From Candidatus Cloacimonadales bacterium (GTDB lineage Bacteria; Cloacimonadota; Cloacimonadia; Cloacimonadales; JAFGVF01), in the NCBI GenBank assembly GCA_963677495.2, contig CAXXOU010000004.1:1120001-1184000 (forward strand): DNA of 64,000 nucleotides. Direction: 5' to 3'. The notes under the pieces were generated by a model. It had not been told where the DNA came from, did no database searches, and saw nothing but the letters and a program-made list of their open reading frames with translations. The position numbers were made by a program, and so were the translations under genes. Each line of letters opens with the position of its first letter. Within the stretch, counting starts at the first letter, position 1. Below are positions 48,585-58,296 of the stretch, one piece after another.

Positions 48585-49889
48585 CTAATCTCTCATTGAA
48601 CTATCTGTTCTACCATTATCATATAGTCCTATAACTTCGGATATTTCTCCCTTTTCATTTTCGATAAACTTTAATCTGAAATAATCTAATCCTTCCAGAC
48701 CAAAAAGGTGTTTCTCAAGTGGTTTCATTTTAAGGGCATCTCTCCCCTCTCTTCTATATAATAGTACTCCATCTTCTTCAAATATCTTTCGAGGGCCATA
48801 GTTCCCAATATACTTCTTTAAATCTGAATTAAGGGGTTTGTATGGGTTTAACTTTGCTGATAATCCGATCTTTGCCCATTCGAGCATAAACTTCTTTACC
48901 GGATGCTTTGCTTCTTCAGACAGTTTCGTGATTGCATCTAAATAAGCTTTCTCCATTGCTTGTTTACTTTCTATCTCAATATCAGGTTGTACTCCTACCC
49001 CTTCCCAGTTACTCTTTGTGATTGGATTTACAGCTTTTCCGAAAGGTATTTTTAAGATAAAACCAAGCTCAGGCATTGGGAAGAAGTTAACAGGGTGAGC
49101 TCCACCACCGGTGGTTTCACCGACTAAAGTAGCACGTTTAAGATTCTTTAGGTTATATGAGAATTCTTCTGCTGCTGAAAATGTGTAGCTTGAAGTCAGA
49201 ATATAAACAGGTTTTTTGAGATACTTCTGATTCGGGAGATAAGATTGAGTCCAAAACTAAGCGTATTCATCCTTTTCCTTCACATAAAAGGAGTTCAGAT
49301 GTTGAGATTCATCAAAGAGATAGCTGGAAAGGTATTGAATCATGTTTGCATTACCTCCCCCATTCTCTCTTAAATCAATAATTAGTGCATCGGTGTTAAT
49401 CAGAAATCCCATAGCAGCTTCAGCAGTTTTACCGGCAAAGCGTACGTCCTCGAAGCTATCAAGCTTGATATATCCGACATTACCTTGAAGCAGTTTTGCC
49501 TCTCGGAATCCATAGTTCTGACTCTTCATTTTCTCTATTCTTAACTTCTCCATGTCAATATCATCTGGTTTTTGACCCTTAGATTCCGGAGACATAGGGA
49601 TAATTTCCAGATGAAGATCGTTATAGATTGAACGCATATCTTCTGTAAGCTGTTGAGCAAGTTTCCTTGGATCATCAATCTTCTTGTAGCTTTTCTTGAG
49701 ATTCTTTCTAAGTTTCTGGACCATTTTCTCTGCATGTTTAGGGAAAACATAGATATCTGTCAGTTTTGCTGATATTGAATCAATAAGAGCTTCTTTCTGC
49801 GTAATTGTGAGTTTGGGAGTATCACTTGCAAACAAACCGAAACTCATTATTACAATTATGAATGTAAGGGTTATTTTTAATAACTTCAT
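48585..49889 (-). pseudogene. S41-family (IRBP/tricorn-like) peptidase interrupted by an in-frame TAG at 49257-49259
   Basis: DLRENGGG before the stop; TFSAAEEF, GETTGGG and WEGVGVQPD after it in the same frame. Confidence 0.85.
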
Positions 49890-50869
49890 TGTTCCTCCTG
49901 TTGTGTTTTTACTCTAAGCGGTAGATGTAAAAGCAGGTTGTTTCCGTCCCTTTCCATAAGTTTGAATTTGTAGTTATTGGGAGATACAAGTTCGAAGCCA
50001 GCTTTTCTATACAATTGAACAGCCTTTGTCAACTTCTCATGTGTCATTAAGACTACCTCAGTACCTCCCCTATTCATAGCTGTGTTTATAAGATGATTCA
50101 GTAAAAGACTTCCCACTCCACGTCCTTTGAAATCATTCTTAACAGCCATTTTGCTTATAACATAAATGTTGTCATGTTCCGGTGTGATTGCCCCGGTTGC
50201 AATTATCTCATCTTTATACTCAATAAAGAGAATTTCTCCACCTTTATTGATTATCTCCACTTCAGGATTACTAAGAGCTCTGTTGTCTTCATCTGTAAAC
50301 ACAAAGAACTCATCAATCCAAGCCTTGTTTAAGCTGTAAAAATAATGTTTCAAATCATGATTATACCTAAGTATGTTATACAACTTGTTTTGCATCTCTC
50401 TATATTGTTTTAGAACCCTATCTTCGAGTGGTTCGTTTTCTAAAGCTTGTTCTAACTTATTCATCGCAGCTAGCATATCAATACCTGCATCCTCAAAGAG
50501 CTTACGCGTTGCAACTGCAAAAGCATCCCAAATAGGTTTAAGCTCTTTCTGCAGTTTTTCACCTTTTTTTGTAAGAGTCAAAACCCTTCTTCGTTTGTCC
50601 TCACCCTGAGCTGATTTAACATAACCATGTTCCAGAAGAGCATTTGTTATTTTAATTACAGCGGGATGCGAGAAGTTTAATTCAGTGGCAATACTGGATA
50701 TTGATACAGGTTTTCCTGCCGTAGCTATGTAGTAGAAAGTTGTAAACCATCTCATTTCGAAGTTACAGTTACCGGCTTTATAAACCTTCCCTGCACTGAT
50801 AGCAATTCTCTCTGTCAGAAGTTTCAATCTGGTCCCAAAACCAAGAAATCCAAGTTCATCGATGAACAT
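49886..50869 (-). CDS. Bifunctional MarR-type HTH regulator / GNAT acetyltransferase
   Basis: wHTH (SHPAV...DKRRR..LT.KG) and GNAT (KMAV...KGRGVG, AVQLYRKAGF); SD AAGGAG before ATG 50869. Confidence 0.88.
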   Translation of the reverse strand: MFIDELGFLGFGTRLKLLTERIAISAGKVYKAGNCNFEMRWFTTFYYIATAGKPVSISSIATELNFSHPAVIKITNALLEHGYVKSAQGEDKRRRVLTLTKKGEKLQKELKPIWDAFAVATRKLFEDAGIDMLAAMNKLEQALENEPLEDRVLKQYREMQNKLYNILRYNHDLKHYFYSLNKAWIDEFFVFTDEDNRALSNPEVEIINKGGEILFIEYKDEIIATGAITPEHDNIYVISKMAVKNDFKGRGVGSLLLNHLINTAMNRGGTEVVLMTHEKLTKAVQLYRKAGFELVSPNNYKFKLMERDGNNLLLHLPLRVKTQQEEQ

Positions 50870-50883
50870 AGTAGCTCCTTTTA

Positions 50884-50925
50884 CGTAACTGGTTACGAGT
50901 TTTAGTTTTGATTGAGAATTGTCAA
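50884..50925 (-). promoter_or_regulatory. Promoter with palindromic operator CGTAAC-NN-GTTACG
   Basis: TTGACA at 50925-50920; inverted repeat 50884-50897 between the -10 region and the SD. Confidence 0.6.
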
Positions 50926-51066
50926 TATCTTTTTCCTGATTTAATGTTGTTAATGATTGCAGTATCTTTTGATGTGAGTCCGAGAAAAGCTTCTCCCAAT
51001 AGACTAGCACCTATAGCAAATAAATCTCCTTACAGGAAATGGTTCTCTAGCAATCGGGAAACTAAA

Positions 51067-51117
51067 GTCATCGGAGAGTTCTCTCTACTCGTTCGTTCCT
51101 CACTCGATCGGGATGAC
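51067..51117. repeat. GTCATC...GATGAC palindromic element
   Basis: Complementary ends just downstream of the MFS stop; resembles widespread ATGAC-ended REP-like elements. Confidence 0.45.
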
Positions 51118-51134
51118 AACGAAAGACAAAGGAA

Positions 51135-52313
51135 TTATTTCTTCTTAGGTTTCAACCATTTCCTTAAGAGTGTAAGCAGTATTGTTGAACCTGCAAGGAT
51201 AACACCCATTCTAATGTATATAGTAAAAGTATCTGTGTTATCGAGTCCTTTTCCTACAAATGGAGCAAAAATGGCGAATCCTATGCTTCCTGCAAGACTT
51301 ACAAGTGAGATGACTGTAGCTCTGTACTTATCCTCTACGTTGTGGTTAATATAGAATCTTAGGGTTGGGTCTTTTAAACCACGAACTATTTGCTGTAAGG
51401 CTAGAATAGCAATCATGAAAGGAGATTTCAGTAAACCCGGTATGACAAAGCTAATTACAAGCACCCAACAAAGCCCAAGCAATATACGTCTTGGTCGTTC
51501 ATCATAGTACTTTGCGACCAGATACTTAGATGAGAATGCTGCTACTAAGTTAAACCCGAAATAGATCCAACCAAAGTAGAGAACATCTATATTCACTGCA
51601 GAGAAGTATGGTTGATAGAGCCAATAACTGCTTCTAAAGAAGAAACCAATTACGAACGCAAACAGAATTGCCCAAAGAATCCTTGGATGCTTAACTGCAT
51701 AGCCTGTGCTCTTGAGGATGTGAATAATGTAGTTATGCTTACTCTTCTCTATCTCTGTATCGATGAAGAAAATACTTGAAACACCGGCTAGTGCTAAGAA
51801 AACAAGAGATATGAGAAACGGGATAGTCTCCCCTATCATATAGAGATAACCTGAAAGGATTGAACCAAGAGCTTGTGCTATGAAAACGTATGAAGAGCTG
51901 TTACCTTCATAACGTTGGTATTCTTTACGTTTATCAAGCTTTGTTAGGGATTCATACAATATTGCTGAATCAGCTCCGCTTGCAAAAGTCATACCGAGTC
52001 CAAAGAGCAGTTCAGCAATCGCAAACATGATAAATGAATCGAAAATAATATAGAAAGACAAAGCGACAATACAGATTACTTCACTTAATACTAGTGAGAA
52101 TTTGCGTGAGATCTTATCAGCTACAGCACCTGTAGGTACTTCAAAAAGGAATACTCCAACTGCAGAGATCGATTGCAAGAGCATAATCTGAGAATATGAC
52201 AAACCTTTCCAAAGCATGAAAGGAACCAATATAGGTCCAATAATCATTAGGTTGGAAAGTACTCTGTAGAGTGGATATATTCTTAGATTTCTGTTATAAG
52301 CTTCTGCATTCAT
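51135..52313 (-). CDS. MFS transporter
   Basis: ~12 TM; FEVPTGAVADKISRK and SGADSAILYESL. Confidence 0.92.
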   Translation of the reverse strand: MNAEAYNRNLRIYPLYRVLSNLMIIGPILVPFMLWKGLSYSQIMLLQSISAVGVFLFEVPTGAVADKISRKFSLVLSEVICIVALSFYIIFDSFIMFAIAELLFGLGMTFASGADSAILYESLTKLDKRKEYQRYEGNSSSYVFIAQALGSILSGYLYMIGETIPFLISLVFLALAGVSSIFFIDTEIEKSKHNYIIHILKSTGYAVKHPRILWAILFAFVIGFFFRSSYWLYQPYFSAVNIDVLYFGWIYFGFNLVAAFSSKYLVAKYYDERPRRILLGLCWVLVISFVIPGLLKSPFMIAILALQQIVRGLKDPTLRFYINHNVEDKYRATVISLVSLAGSIGFAIFAPFVGKGLDNTDTFTIYIRMGVILAGSTILLTLLRKWLKPKKK

Positions 52314-52491
52314 ATTAACCTCACATCGATAAACGAGTGCTATTTATTGAAATACAGAAAATTTTGTCAACAGGGATGATTAAATAAAAAGGGATATAAA
52401 AAGAGAAGAAGGAAAGAAGCCCAAAACTTCCTTAGAAAAGAAGAGGCAATCAGACTCTTCCAAAGAGACTTCGGACTTCGAATTCCTTTCC

Positions 52492-53481
52492 TTACGATTC
52501 TACCGGATCGTTTTGACCCAGCATAGCCAAATAAAAGGCTACCATATCAATAAAATAGATTAAAGCTGCAAAGTCAACTAAATCATTATCAGTTTCTGCA
52601 AAAAGTTCTAAATAGTTAATGCCTTTTCTGCTAAGTAGTTCCTTGAACTCATCATGTTCAGGGGTCTCGAAGCTTAGTTTACTAATAATGATAGGTATAT
52701 AGTTTTCGTTTAATAATTCTCTATTCCACACACCGATTTCGTAAGTAAGAGCATGATCATAGCTACTATAAAAAGCGGGATACTTAGAAATACGGTTTAT
52801 CTGATTCTTTAATCTACCTGCAACCGGACGGTATACTTTCTCAGCATAATAGATTAAGGGAATTCTCCCGTGAATATGATGAGCAAAACTTTTTGCCATA
52901 TTCATAGTGAAAGGTTGATTACGTGTGATAGCTCCTGCTTTTGTAATGAGAGCTGCTGCTATCTTGTTAACCAGCTTTGGACCCTCTAATATACCTGTTT
53001 GAATCAGAGATTTAATAACCAATGTATAGAGATAAGGGAAGTTCAGGGATGGGATATTAGGAGTAGTAAAGTAATATCCATTCTGATTGAACTCAACCTT
53101 ATTTAATTCACTGGAAATCATTATCATGTCAGCAGGAGAGTCGTTAATAATACTCAAGTAATTATCACTTTTAATTCTCTCTGTATCAAAATCAATATAG
53201 ATAACCAAGGTATTTTCTTTAAGATACAAAGGATTGAGTTTATCAGTGTTCATAACCTCAATTGTACCTTTGAGAACCTCTCTGAAGATACGTGTGGTAC
53301 TGCATTTGTTTTTATTCAAGAACACTACAGATTTGAACTCTTTATTTTTAAAAGGAGTGCTATCATTGTACGGCATATGCTCATTTGCAAGCATGGCACA
53401 CTGTGGATAATGAATTATCTGGTCATAAACATTGTGTAAATCAATCTTCTTTATTAAATCAATATCATCTAATAGGTGCAT
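52492..53481 (-). CDS. Degenerate SIS-domain protein related to bifunctional phosphoglucose/phosphomannose isomerase
   Basis: N-terminal ID..N.YDQI..YPQ; C-terminal NMAK..A....GRIP.IY...VA.R.KNQIN..SK; conserved catalytic motifs are lost. Confidence 0.65.
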   Translation of the reverse strand: MHLLDDIDLIKKIDLHNVYDQIIHYPQCAMLANEHMPYNDSTPFKNKEFKSVVFLNKNKCSTTRIFREVLKGTIEVMNTDKLNPLYLKENTLVIYIDFDTERIKSDNYLSIINDSPADMIMISSELNKVEFNQNGYYFTTPNIPSLNFPYLYTLVIKSLIQTGILEGPKLVNKIAAALITKAGAITRNQPFTMNMAKSFAHHIHGRIPLIYYAEKVYRPVAGRLKNQINRISKYPAFYSSYDHALTYEIGVWNRELLNENYIPIIISKLSFETPEHDEFKELLSRKGINYLELFAETDNDLVDFAALIYFIDMVAFYLAMLGQNDPVES

Positions 53482-53489
53482 TATAACTC

Positions 53490-54848
53490 CTAAATCTTAA
53501 ATTTATCGTCCCGAGATGAAACATAAGCATCGACTCTATCTTGCTTATCCTGATAGTCTGGATGCCCCATAAGAGCATATGTAGCAACCTTCCCAGCCTC
53601 CACACCCGGTTGGTCAAGCGGATTAATGTTCAAAAGGTATCCTGTCAAGACAGTTGTTAGTTCATATAGATAAATAAATTCACCTAAGTTATATTCATCG
53701 ATAACCGGAAGAGAGAGAGTGCAGTTAGGGCAACCTGCTTCAGTGAGTGCAATCTCAGTTGCAAGTTGTTCTGTGTTAAGTAGTTCACTGATAGGTTTAT
53801 CTGCAAGGAAATTAGTTGTTAGTTCATCGGGATAAAGATTTGGAATAATGTAGTCATGCCTAAATTCTTCAACACGTAGGAAAGTAACAATCTTATCATG
53901 AGGACCTTCAGCATAGAGCTGGACCTGAGAGTGTTGGTCAGTTGAGCCTAAACTCTTTGCCGGAGTTTGACCGACACGTACTTCGTTTCCGTTATTGTCT
54001 AACTTCTTACCTAAACTTTCCCCCCATAATTGTCTATACCAGTCAGCCATATCATACAGTGAGTTTGAGTATGGCATCATAACTGAGATATTAAAGCCTT
54101 TATCCATAAGAAGTTTATGAGTAAGAGCTAGCATCATGGCAGGATTCTGCATGAAGTCTTGATTACGACACTTTTCTCGCATAGCTTTAGCACCATCTAA
54201 TAGCCGGTCAATATTCACTCCTGCAAATGCAAGAGGAACAAGTCCTACATCGGTGAGTACAGAGAATCTTCCACCTACGTTTCCAGGAACTGTAAATGAT
54301 GGTAAGTTTTCCCATTTAGTCAATCTTCTAAGGAAACCTTTCTCCTTATCGGTTGTGACTAACAGATGCTTTTTGTAGTCTTTTGGATAAGCTTCTTTTA
54401 GAATCTTGTGAACAATAAGGAATTGTGATAAAGTTTCTGCAGTTCCACCGGATTTGGTGATAACGTTGAAAATGGTTCTTTTTAACTCAATCTTTTCAAG
54501 TGTCTCATACAACAAAGTAGGGTCAACATTATCACAGACATAAACTTTGTTGACAAGTGAACGAGTTGTTTTTAAAGCTTTGTAAATAGCTGTAGTACCT
54601 AAAGCAGAGCCACCAATACCTAAAACAACAAAAGTATCTATGTCAGGAGAAACTGTCTTTACATATTCGTTAATTTCAGATGTATCGTAGTCAGGTAAAT
54701 AATCGAAACCTAAGACATTGTTCTCAACTTCACTTAGAAAATGTTTGAAAACTTTCTCAGCTTCAGGAAGAGAACTCTTAATATCTTCTAAAGAAATTCC
54801 CTTATCTTTGTTAGGTAAGTTAAGTAGATTTTGATATGATAATTTCAT
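53490..54848 (-). CDS. pgi: Glucose-6-phosphate isomerase
   Basis: GIGGSALG, KSGGTAET, VGGRFSV, QLWGESLGK, DQHS and DQPGVEAGK. Confidence 0.95.
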   Translation of the reverse strand: MKLSYQNLLNLPNKDKGISLEDIKSSLPEAEKVFKHFLSEVENNVLGFDYLPDYDTSEINEYVKTVSPDIDTFVVLGIGGSALGTTAIYKALKTTRSLVNKVYVCDNVDPTLLYETLEKIELKRTIFNVITKSGGTAETLSQFLIVHKILKEAYPKDYKKHLLVTTDKEKGFLRRLTKWENLPSFTVPGNVGGRFSVLTDVGLVPLAFAGVNIDRLLDGAKAMREKCRNQDFMQNPAMMLALTHKLLMDKGFNISVMMPYSNSLYDMADWYRQLWGESLGKKLDNNGNEVRVGQTPAKSLGSTDQHSQVQLYAEGPHDKIVTFLRVEEFRHDYIIPNLYPDELTTNFLADKPISELLNTEQLATEIALTEAGCPNCTLSLPVIDEYNLGEFIYLYELTTVLTGYLLNINPLDQPGVEAGKVATYALMGHPDYQDKQDRVDAYVSSRDDKFKI

Positions 54849-54876
54849 AGTTGTCTCCGTACTTGAATAGGTGTTG

Positions 54877-56502
54877 TTAAAGGTTAATATTTCTAATTGT
54901 TTCTTTTATTTTTGCGAATTTAGCAGGCCCGGTACTAAGCGACCTGAAACCTAGTTTTAGTAAAGTCTCTATATACTCAGGATTCGATGCCATTTCTCCG
55001 CAAAGACCAACCGGTATCCCCCATTCTTTTGCACTGTTTAAAGTCATTTTCATTAACTTCAAAACAGCCGGGTGATTAGGTTTATACAGATTTGCTATTG
55101 TTGAATTGTTTCTATCAACTGCAACAGTATATTGTGTCAGGTCATTGGAACCGATACTAAAGAAATCACATACTTCTGCAAGCTCTGAAGAGGTTAATGC
55201 TGCTGAGGGCACTTCTATCATTGTACCAAACTTGTTGCTATTACTAAACTCAATATTGTCAGATTCGAGCTCAGTTACACACTCTTTTACAATCGACATT
55301 GCACTATTATAGTCTTCAATATCATTAATCATTGGGAACATCACCCATAACTTACCATAGAGTCCCGCTCTTAGTAACGCTCTTATTTGAGTTTTAAACA
55401 TTTCAGGCTTAAGGAGTGATAGCCTAATCCCACGGCAACCCAAATAGGGATTATCTTCATCCCAAGTTTCATCAGAAGCAAACTTATCTCCACCTAAATC
55501 CATGGTTCTTATTATTACAGGCTTATCCTTCATTCTTTCTAAAACTTTTTTGTATACTTCGAATTGAGCTTGTTCTGTTGGTAGCATATCTGTTTCTAAA
55601 TATAGAAACTCAGTCCGAAATAGACCGATTCCATCAGAGTTCAAAGCCTCTATCCTATCTAACTCTTCCGGTAGCTCCATGTTCACTGAAAGTGAGATTT
55701 TTGTACCATCTAATGTTTGTGTTTCTAGATTGATTATTTCTTTAAGTTTTGCTTGTTCTAAAGCTTCTTCTTGCAACTCAATTTCATATACTTTTAAAGT
55801 ATCAGCATCAGGTTCAACAATTACAACACCTTCATTCCCATCTACAAGTAGAAGGTCACCGGTTGCTATCTTGGATTTGATATTCTTGAGTTCGGTAACT
55901 AATGTAATACCCATTGAACGTGCTAGAATTGAACTATGTGAAGTCTCTGATCCATGTTCTGTACATATGCATGATACTTTATTATTGAACAGGCTGATGA
56001 TTTGAGAGGGAATTACTTCATTCAAGACAGGAATTTCACTTGCTGTAATATTGCTTAAGTCAGAGTTAGATTTACCTGTTAGATGTGTTAATAATCGTTC
56101 ATTTATATCTGCGTAATCATCAGCTCTCTGTCTGAAATACTCATCTTCCATAGACTTAAAATATTCGACCATATACGAGAAATGCTTATTTAGAGCAGAC
56201 TCCAAACAGACTAAATCCTTGCTCAAAGAGTTTTCAATTGCTTTATGGAACTCGGGGTCTTCCATAATCATAATATGCGAATTAAGAATCTCTTGATCGC
56301 TTACAGCCAAGCTTAAATCGTCAAGAAGCCCTTTAGTATCTTTGATAATATGTTCAATCGCTGAAAGAAACCTTTGCCATTCAGAATCAACATCCGATGA
56401 ACTTATAGTCTGGTGGTCTACAACTAACTGAGTGGAATCAATAACCCTGGCAATGCCCTTATGCAAACCTCCTGAAATAGCCTTTCCAAGAAGTCTGGTC
56501 AT
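54877..56502 (-). CDS. ptsI: PTS enzyme I (PEP-protein phosphotransferase)
   Basis: TSHSSILARS, GLFRTEF, NPYLGCRGIR, SIGSNDLTQY and CGEMA. Confidence 0.95.
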   Translation of the reverse strand: MTRLLGKAISGGLHKGIARVIDSTQLVVDHQTISSSDVDSEWQRFLSAIEHIIKDTKGLLDDLSLAVSDQEILNSHIMIMEDPEFHKAIENSLSKDLVCLESALNKHFSYMVEYFKSMEDEYFRQRADDYADINERLLTHLTGKSNSDLSNITASEIPVLNEVIPSQIISLFNNKVSCICTEHGSETSHSSILARSMGITLVTELKNIKSKIATGDLLLVDGNEGVVIVEPDADTLKVYEIELQEEALEQAKLKEIINLETQTLDGTKISLSVNMELPEELDRIEALNSDGIGLFRTEFLYLETDMLPTEQAQFEVYKKVLERMKDKPVIIRTMDLGGDKFASDETWDEDNPYLGCRGIRLSLLKPEMFKTQIRALLRAGLYGKLWVMFPMINDIEDYNSAMSIVKECVTELESDNIEFSNSNKFGTMIEVPSAALTSSELAEVCDFFSIGSNDLTQYTVAVDRNNSTIANLYKPNHPAVLKLMKMTLNSAKEWGIPVGLCGEMASNPEYIETLLKLGFRSLSTGPAKFAKIKETIRNINL

Positions 56503-56768
56503 TATTCCTCTCCAAATTTACTTTCGAAAAGGTCTAAGAGATCCTTTATCAGGTATTCTTCATCAACACCATCTGCTTGGAGAGTAATCTTAGAATTGAA
56601 TTCGGCAGCAAGCATCATCACACCCATAATACTCTTACCATTAATCTCCATTCCATCTTTTATAATTGCAAGTTCTGAACGATATTTCGTTGCTGTTTTG
56701 ACTAATAAAGCAGAAGGTCTGGTATGAAGACCTAGTTTGTTACTGACTGTTACTTCTTTACTTATCAT
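56502..56768 (-). CDS. ptsH: Phosphocarrier protein HPr
   Basis: GLHTRPS (His15) and KSIMG (Ser46). Confidence 0.95.
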   Translation of the reverse strand: MISKEVTVSNKLGLHTRPSALLVKTATKYRSELAIIKDGMEINGKSIMGVMMLAAEFNSKITLQADGVDEEYLIKDLLDLFESKFGEE

Positions 56769-56781
56769 ATTTACCCTAAAT

Positions 56782-57720
56782 TTAATTGTGAGTTTTACGC
56801 TTTATCTCTGCATTGAGAATATTAGCATAGTCTTCTGCTGCATGGTAACCATTTTTCTTAAGAATATAGTTCATGACAGCAACTTCAATTATAACAGAAA
56901 CATTCTTACCGGGTGATACTGGTAGATTAATACAAGGTATATTCACACCTAGATGGTCAACCCAGTTTGAAACTAATCCGAGCCTTTCGTAATCAAAGTT
57001 CTCTTTCCAAGGCATTAACTCAATCTGTAAGTCAATACTATGTTTAAACCTGACTCTTTGGATACCAAACATTTTCTCAATGTTGATGATACCAACACCT
57101 CTTATTTCCATGAAATGCCCAAACTTTTGAGGAGGCATGCCAACAAGAGAGTCATTCAGAACTTTAATAGTAACTGTATCATCCGTTACAAGTCCGTGTC
57201 CCCTTGTAACTAAGTCTAGAGCACATTCACTCTTACCGATACCACTTTTACCGGTAAGCATAACACCAACTCCAAATACATCGACTAAAGTACCATGGAT
57301 GGTCTTTTCAGACGCGAAGTAGTTATTCAAGTATCTGGCTAATCCATTGTAAAGCTTAATTGTGCTTAGTCTACTTGAGAGGATAGCAATATTCATATTG
57401 TTAGCTAAATCAATAACAATATATGGCAAGGTAAGACCCTTACTAACAATAATACATGGGATGCTGTAGGAGAAAATATCTTTAACCTTCTCGTATAGTT
57501 CATCCTCGCTTAATGATTGTAAGTATATTACTTCAGTTTCACCTAAAATCTGAATTCTATCAAAGGCAAACCGATCTAGAAATCCAGCTAATGCAAGCCC
57601 TGGTCTATTCAAGTGTGCAAAATTAATCTGGTTTTCAAGAGTCTTTTCATCGCTAACGGGAGCTAATGCTAAATCATCCTTTTTATGTTGGAGAAGATGG
57701 CGAACAGTATAGTTTTTCAT
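56782..57720 (-). CDS. hprK: HPr kinase/phosphorylase
   Basis: HGTLVDVFG, GKSGIGKSE, EIRGVGII and PGKN. Confidence 0.95.
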   Translation of the reverse strand: MKNYTVRHLLQHKKDDLALAPVSDEKTLENQINFAHLNRPGLALAGFLDRFAFDRIQILGETEVIYLQSLSEDELYEKVKDIFSYSIPCIIVSKGLTLPYIVIDLANNMNIAILSSRLSTIKLYNGLARYLNNYFASEKTIHGTLVDVFGVGVMLTGKSGIGKSECALDLVTRGHGLVTDDTVTIKVLNDSLVGMPPQKFGHFMEIRGVGIINIEKMFGIQRVRFKHSIDLQIELMPWKENFDYERLGLVSNWVDHLGVNIPCINLPVSPGKNVSVIIEVAVMNYILKKNGYHAAEDYANILNAEIKRKTHN

Positions 57721-57724
57721 AGAA

Positions 57725-57750
57725 TAAAACCGCGGGGAGTAACTCCCCGC
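57725..57750 (-). terminator. Hairpin/terminator between hpf and hprK
   Basis: GCGGGGAGT-T-ACTCCCCGC followed by GGTTTTAT on the minus strand. Confidence 0.5.
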
Positions 57751-57759
57751 ATTAATAGT

Positions 57760-58287
57760 TTAAGGCTCTAAAAGTTTATAATGTGCATCGTCTTTACGAA
57801 CGAGGACATTTATACGGTCAGTTTCGATGTTTTTAAAAATAAGGAAATACTCTTTTGAATCATCAAGTTTTTCTACAGCCTCATCAGTACTCATATACTC
57901 AGGGATAACTCTCTTAGTTTTGATAAGTTTCTTTTCAGAATCTTCTCTCTTATAGAGATAAGTTCTAGAGAAACCGGAGTTCTCGAGTAAACTTTTCTTT
58001 TTGTGGTCTGTAACCTTATCTTTGAGTTTCTTTAATTGATGTTCCATGCGGTCAATGGTAGTATCTATTGCTAGATACATATCATTTTCCTCTGATTCAC
58101 TTTGAAGGTTGAACTTGGAAGCATGCAAACTAATCTCACAATTATTACGCGTGTTATCGAGCGTTAAAGTAACGTGTAGATTAATAATTTGATCAAAATA
58201 ACGCTCCAATTTCTCGCAAGCTGATTCAACGTGGTCACGAATTGCTTTAGTGAGTTCAAAATGGCGAGCTGTGATTGTGATTTGCAT
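57760..58287 (-). CDS. hpf: Long ribosome hibernation promoting factor (HPF/RaiA)
   Basis: ITARHFELT.AIR and DMY.AID; C-terminal dimerisation domain; follows the rpoN block. Confidence 0.92.
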   Translation of the reverse strand: MQITITARHFELTKAIRDHVESACEKLERYFDQIINLHVTLTLDNTRNNCEISLHASKFNLQSESEENDMYLAIDTTIDRMEHQLKKLKDKVTDHKKKSLLENSGFSRTYLYKREDSEKKLIKTKRVIPEYMSTDEAVEKLDDSKEYFLIFKNIETDRINVLVRKDDAHYKLLEP

Positions 58288-58296
58288 AAATTCCTC

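Noticed and set aside
49257..49259. Genome-wide TAG reassignment or pyrrolysine
   Set aside because: TAG terminates several intact genes here (e.g. 1520, 1625, 15500) and no pyl genes are visible
50870..51354. N-terminal extension of the MarR-GNAT ORF to 51010 and the antisense ORF 50908-51354
   Set aside because: The extension spans the promoter and operator, and a strong SD supports ATG 50869; the antisense ORF is a shadow
52313..52345. CIRCE upstream of the MFS gene (GAGTGCTAT)
   Set aside because: Only a half-site; no matching left arm at 9-bp spacing
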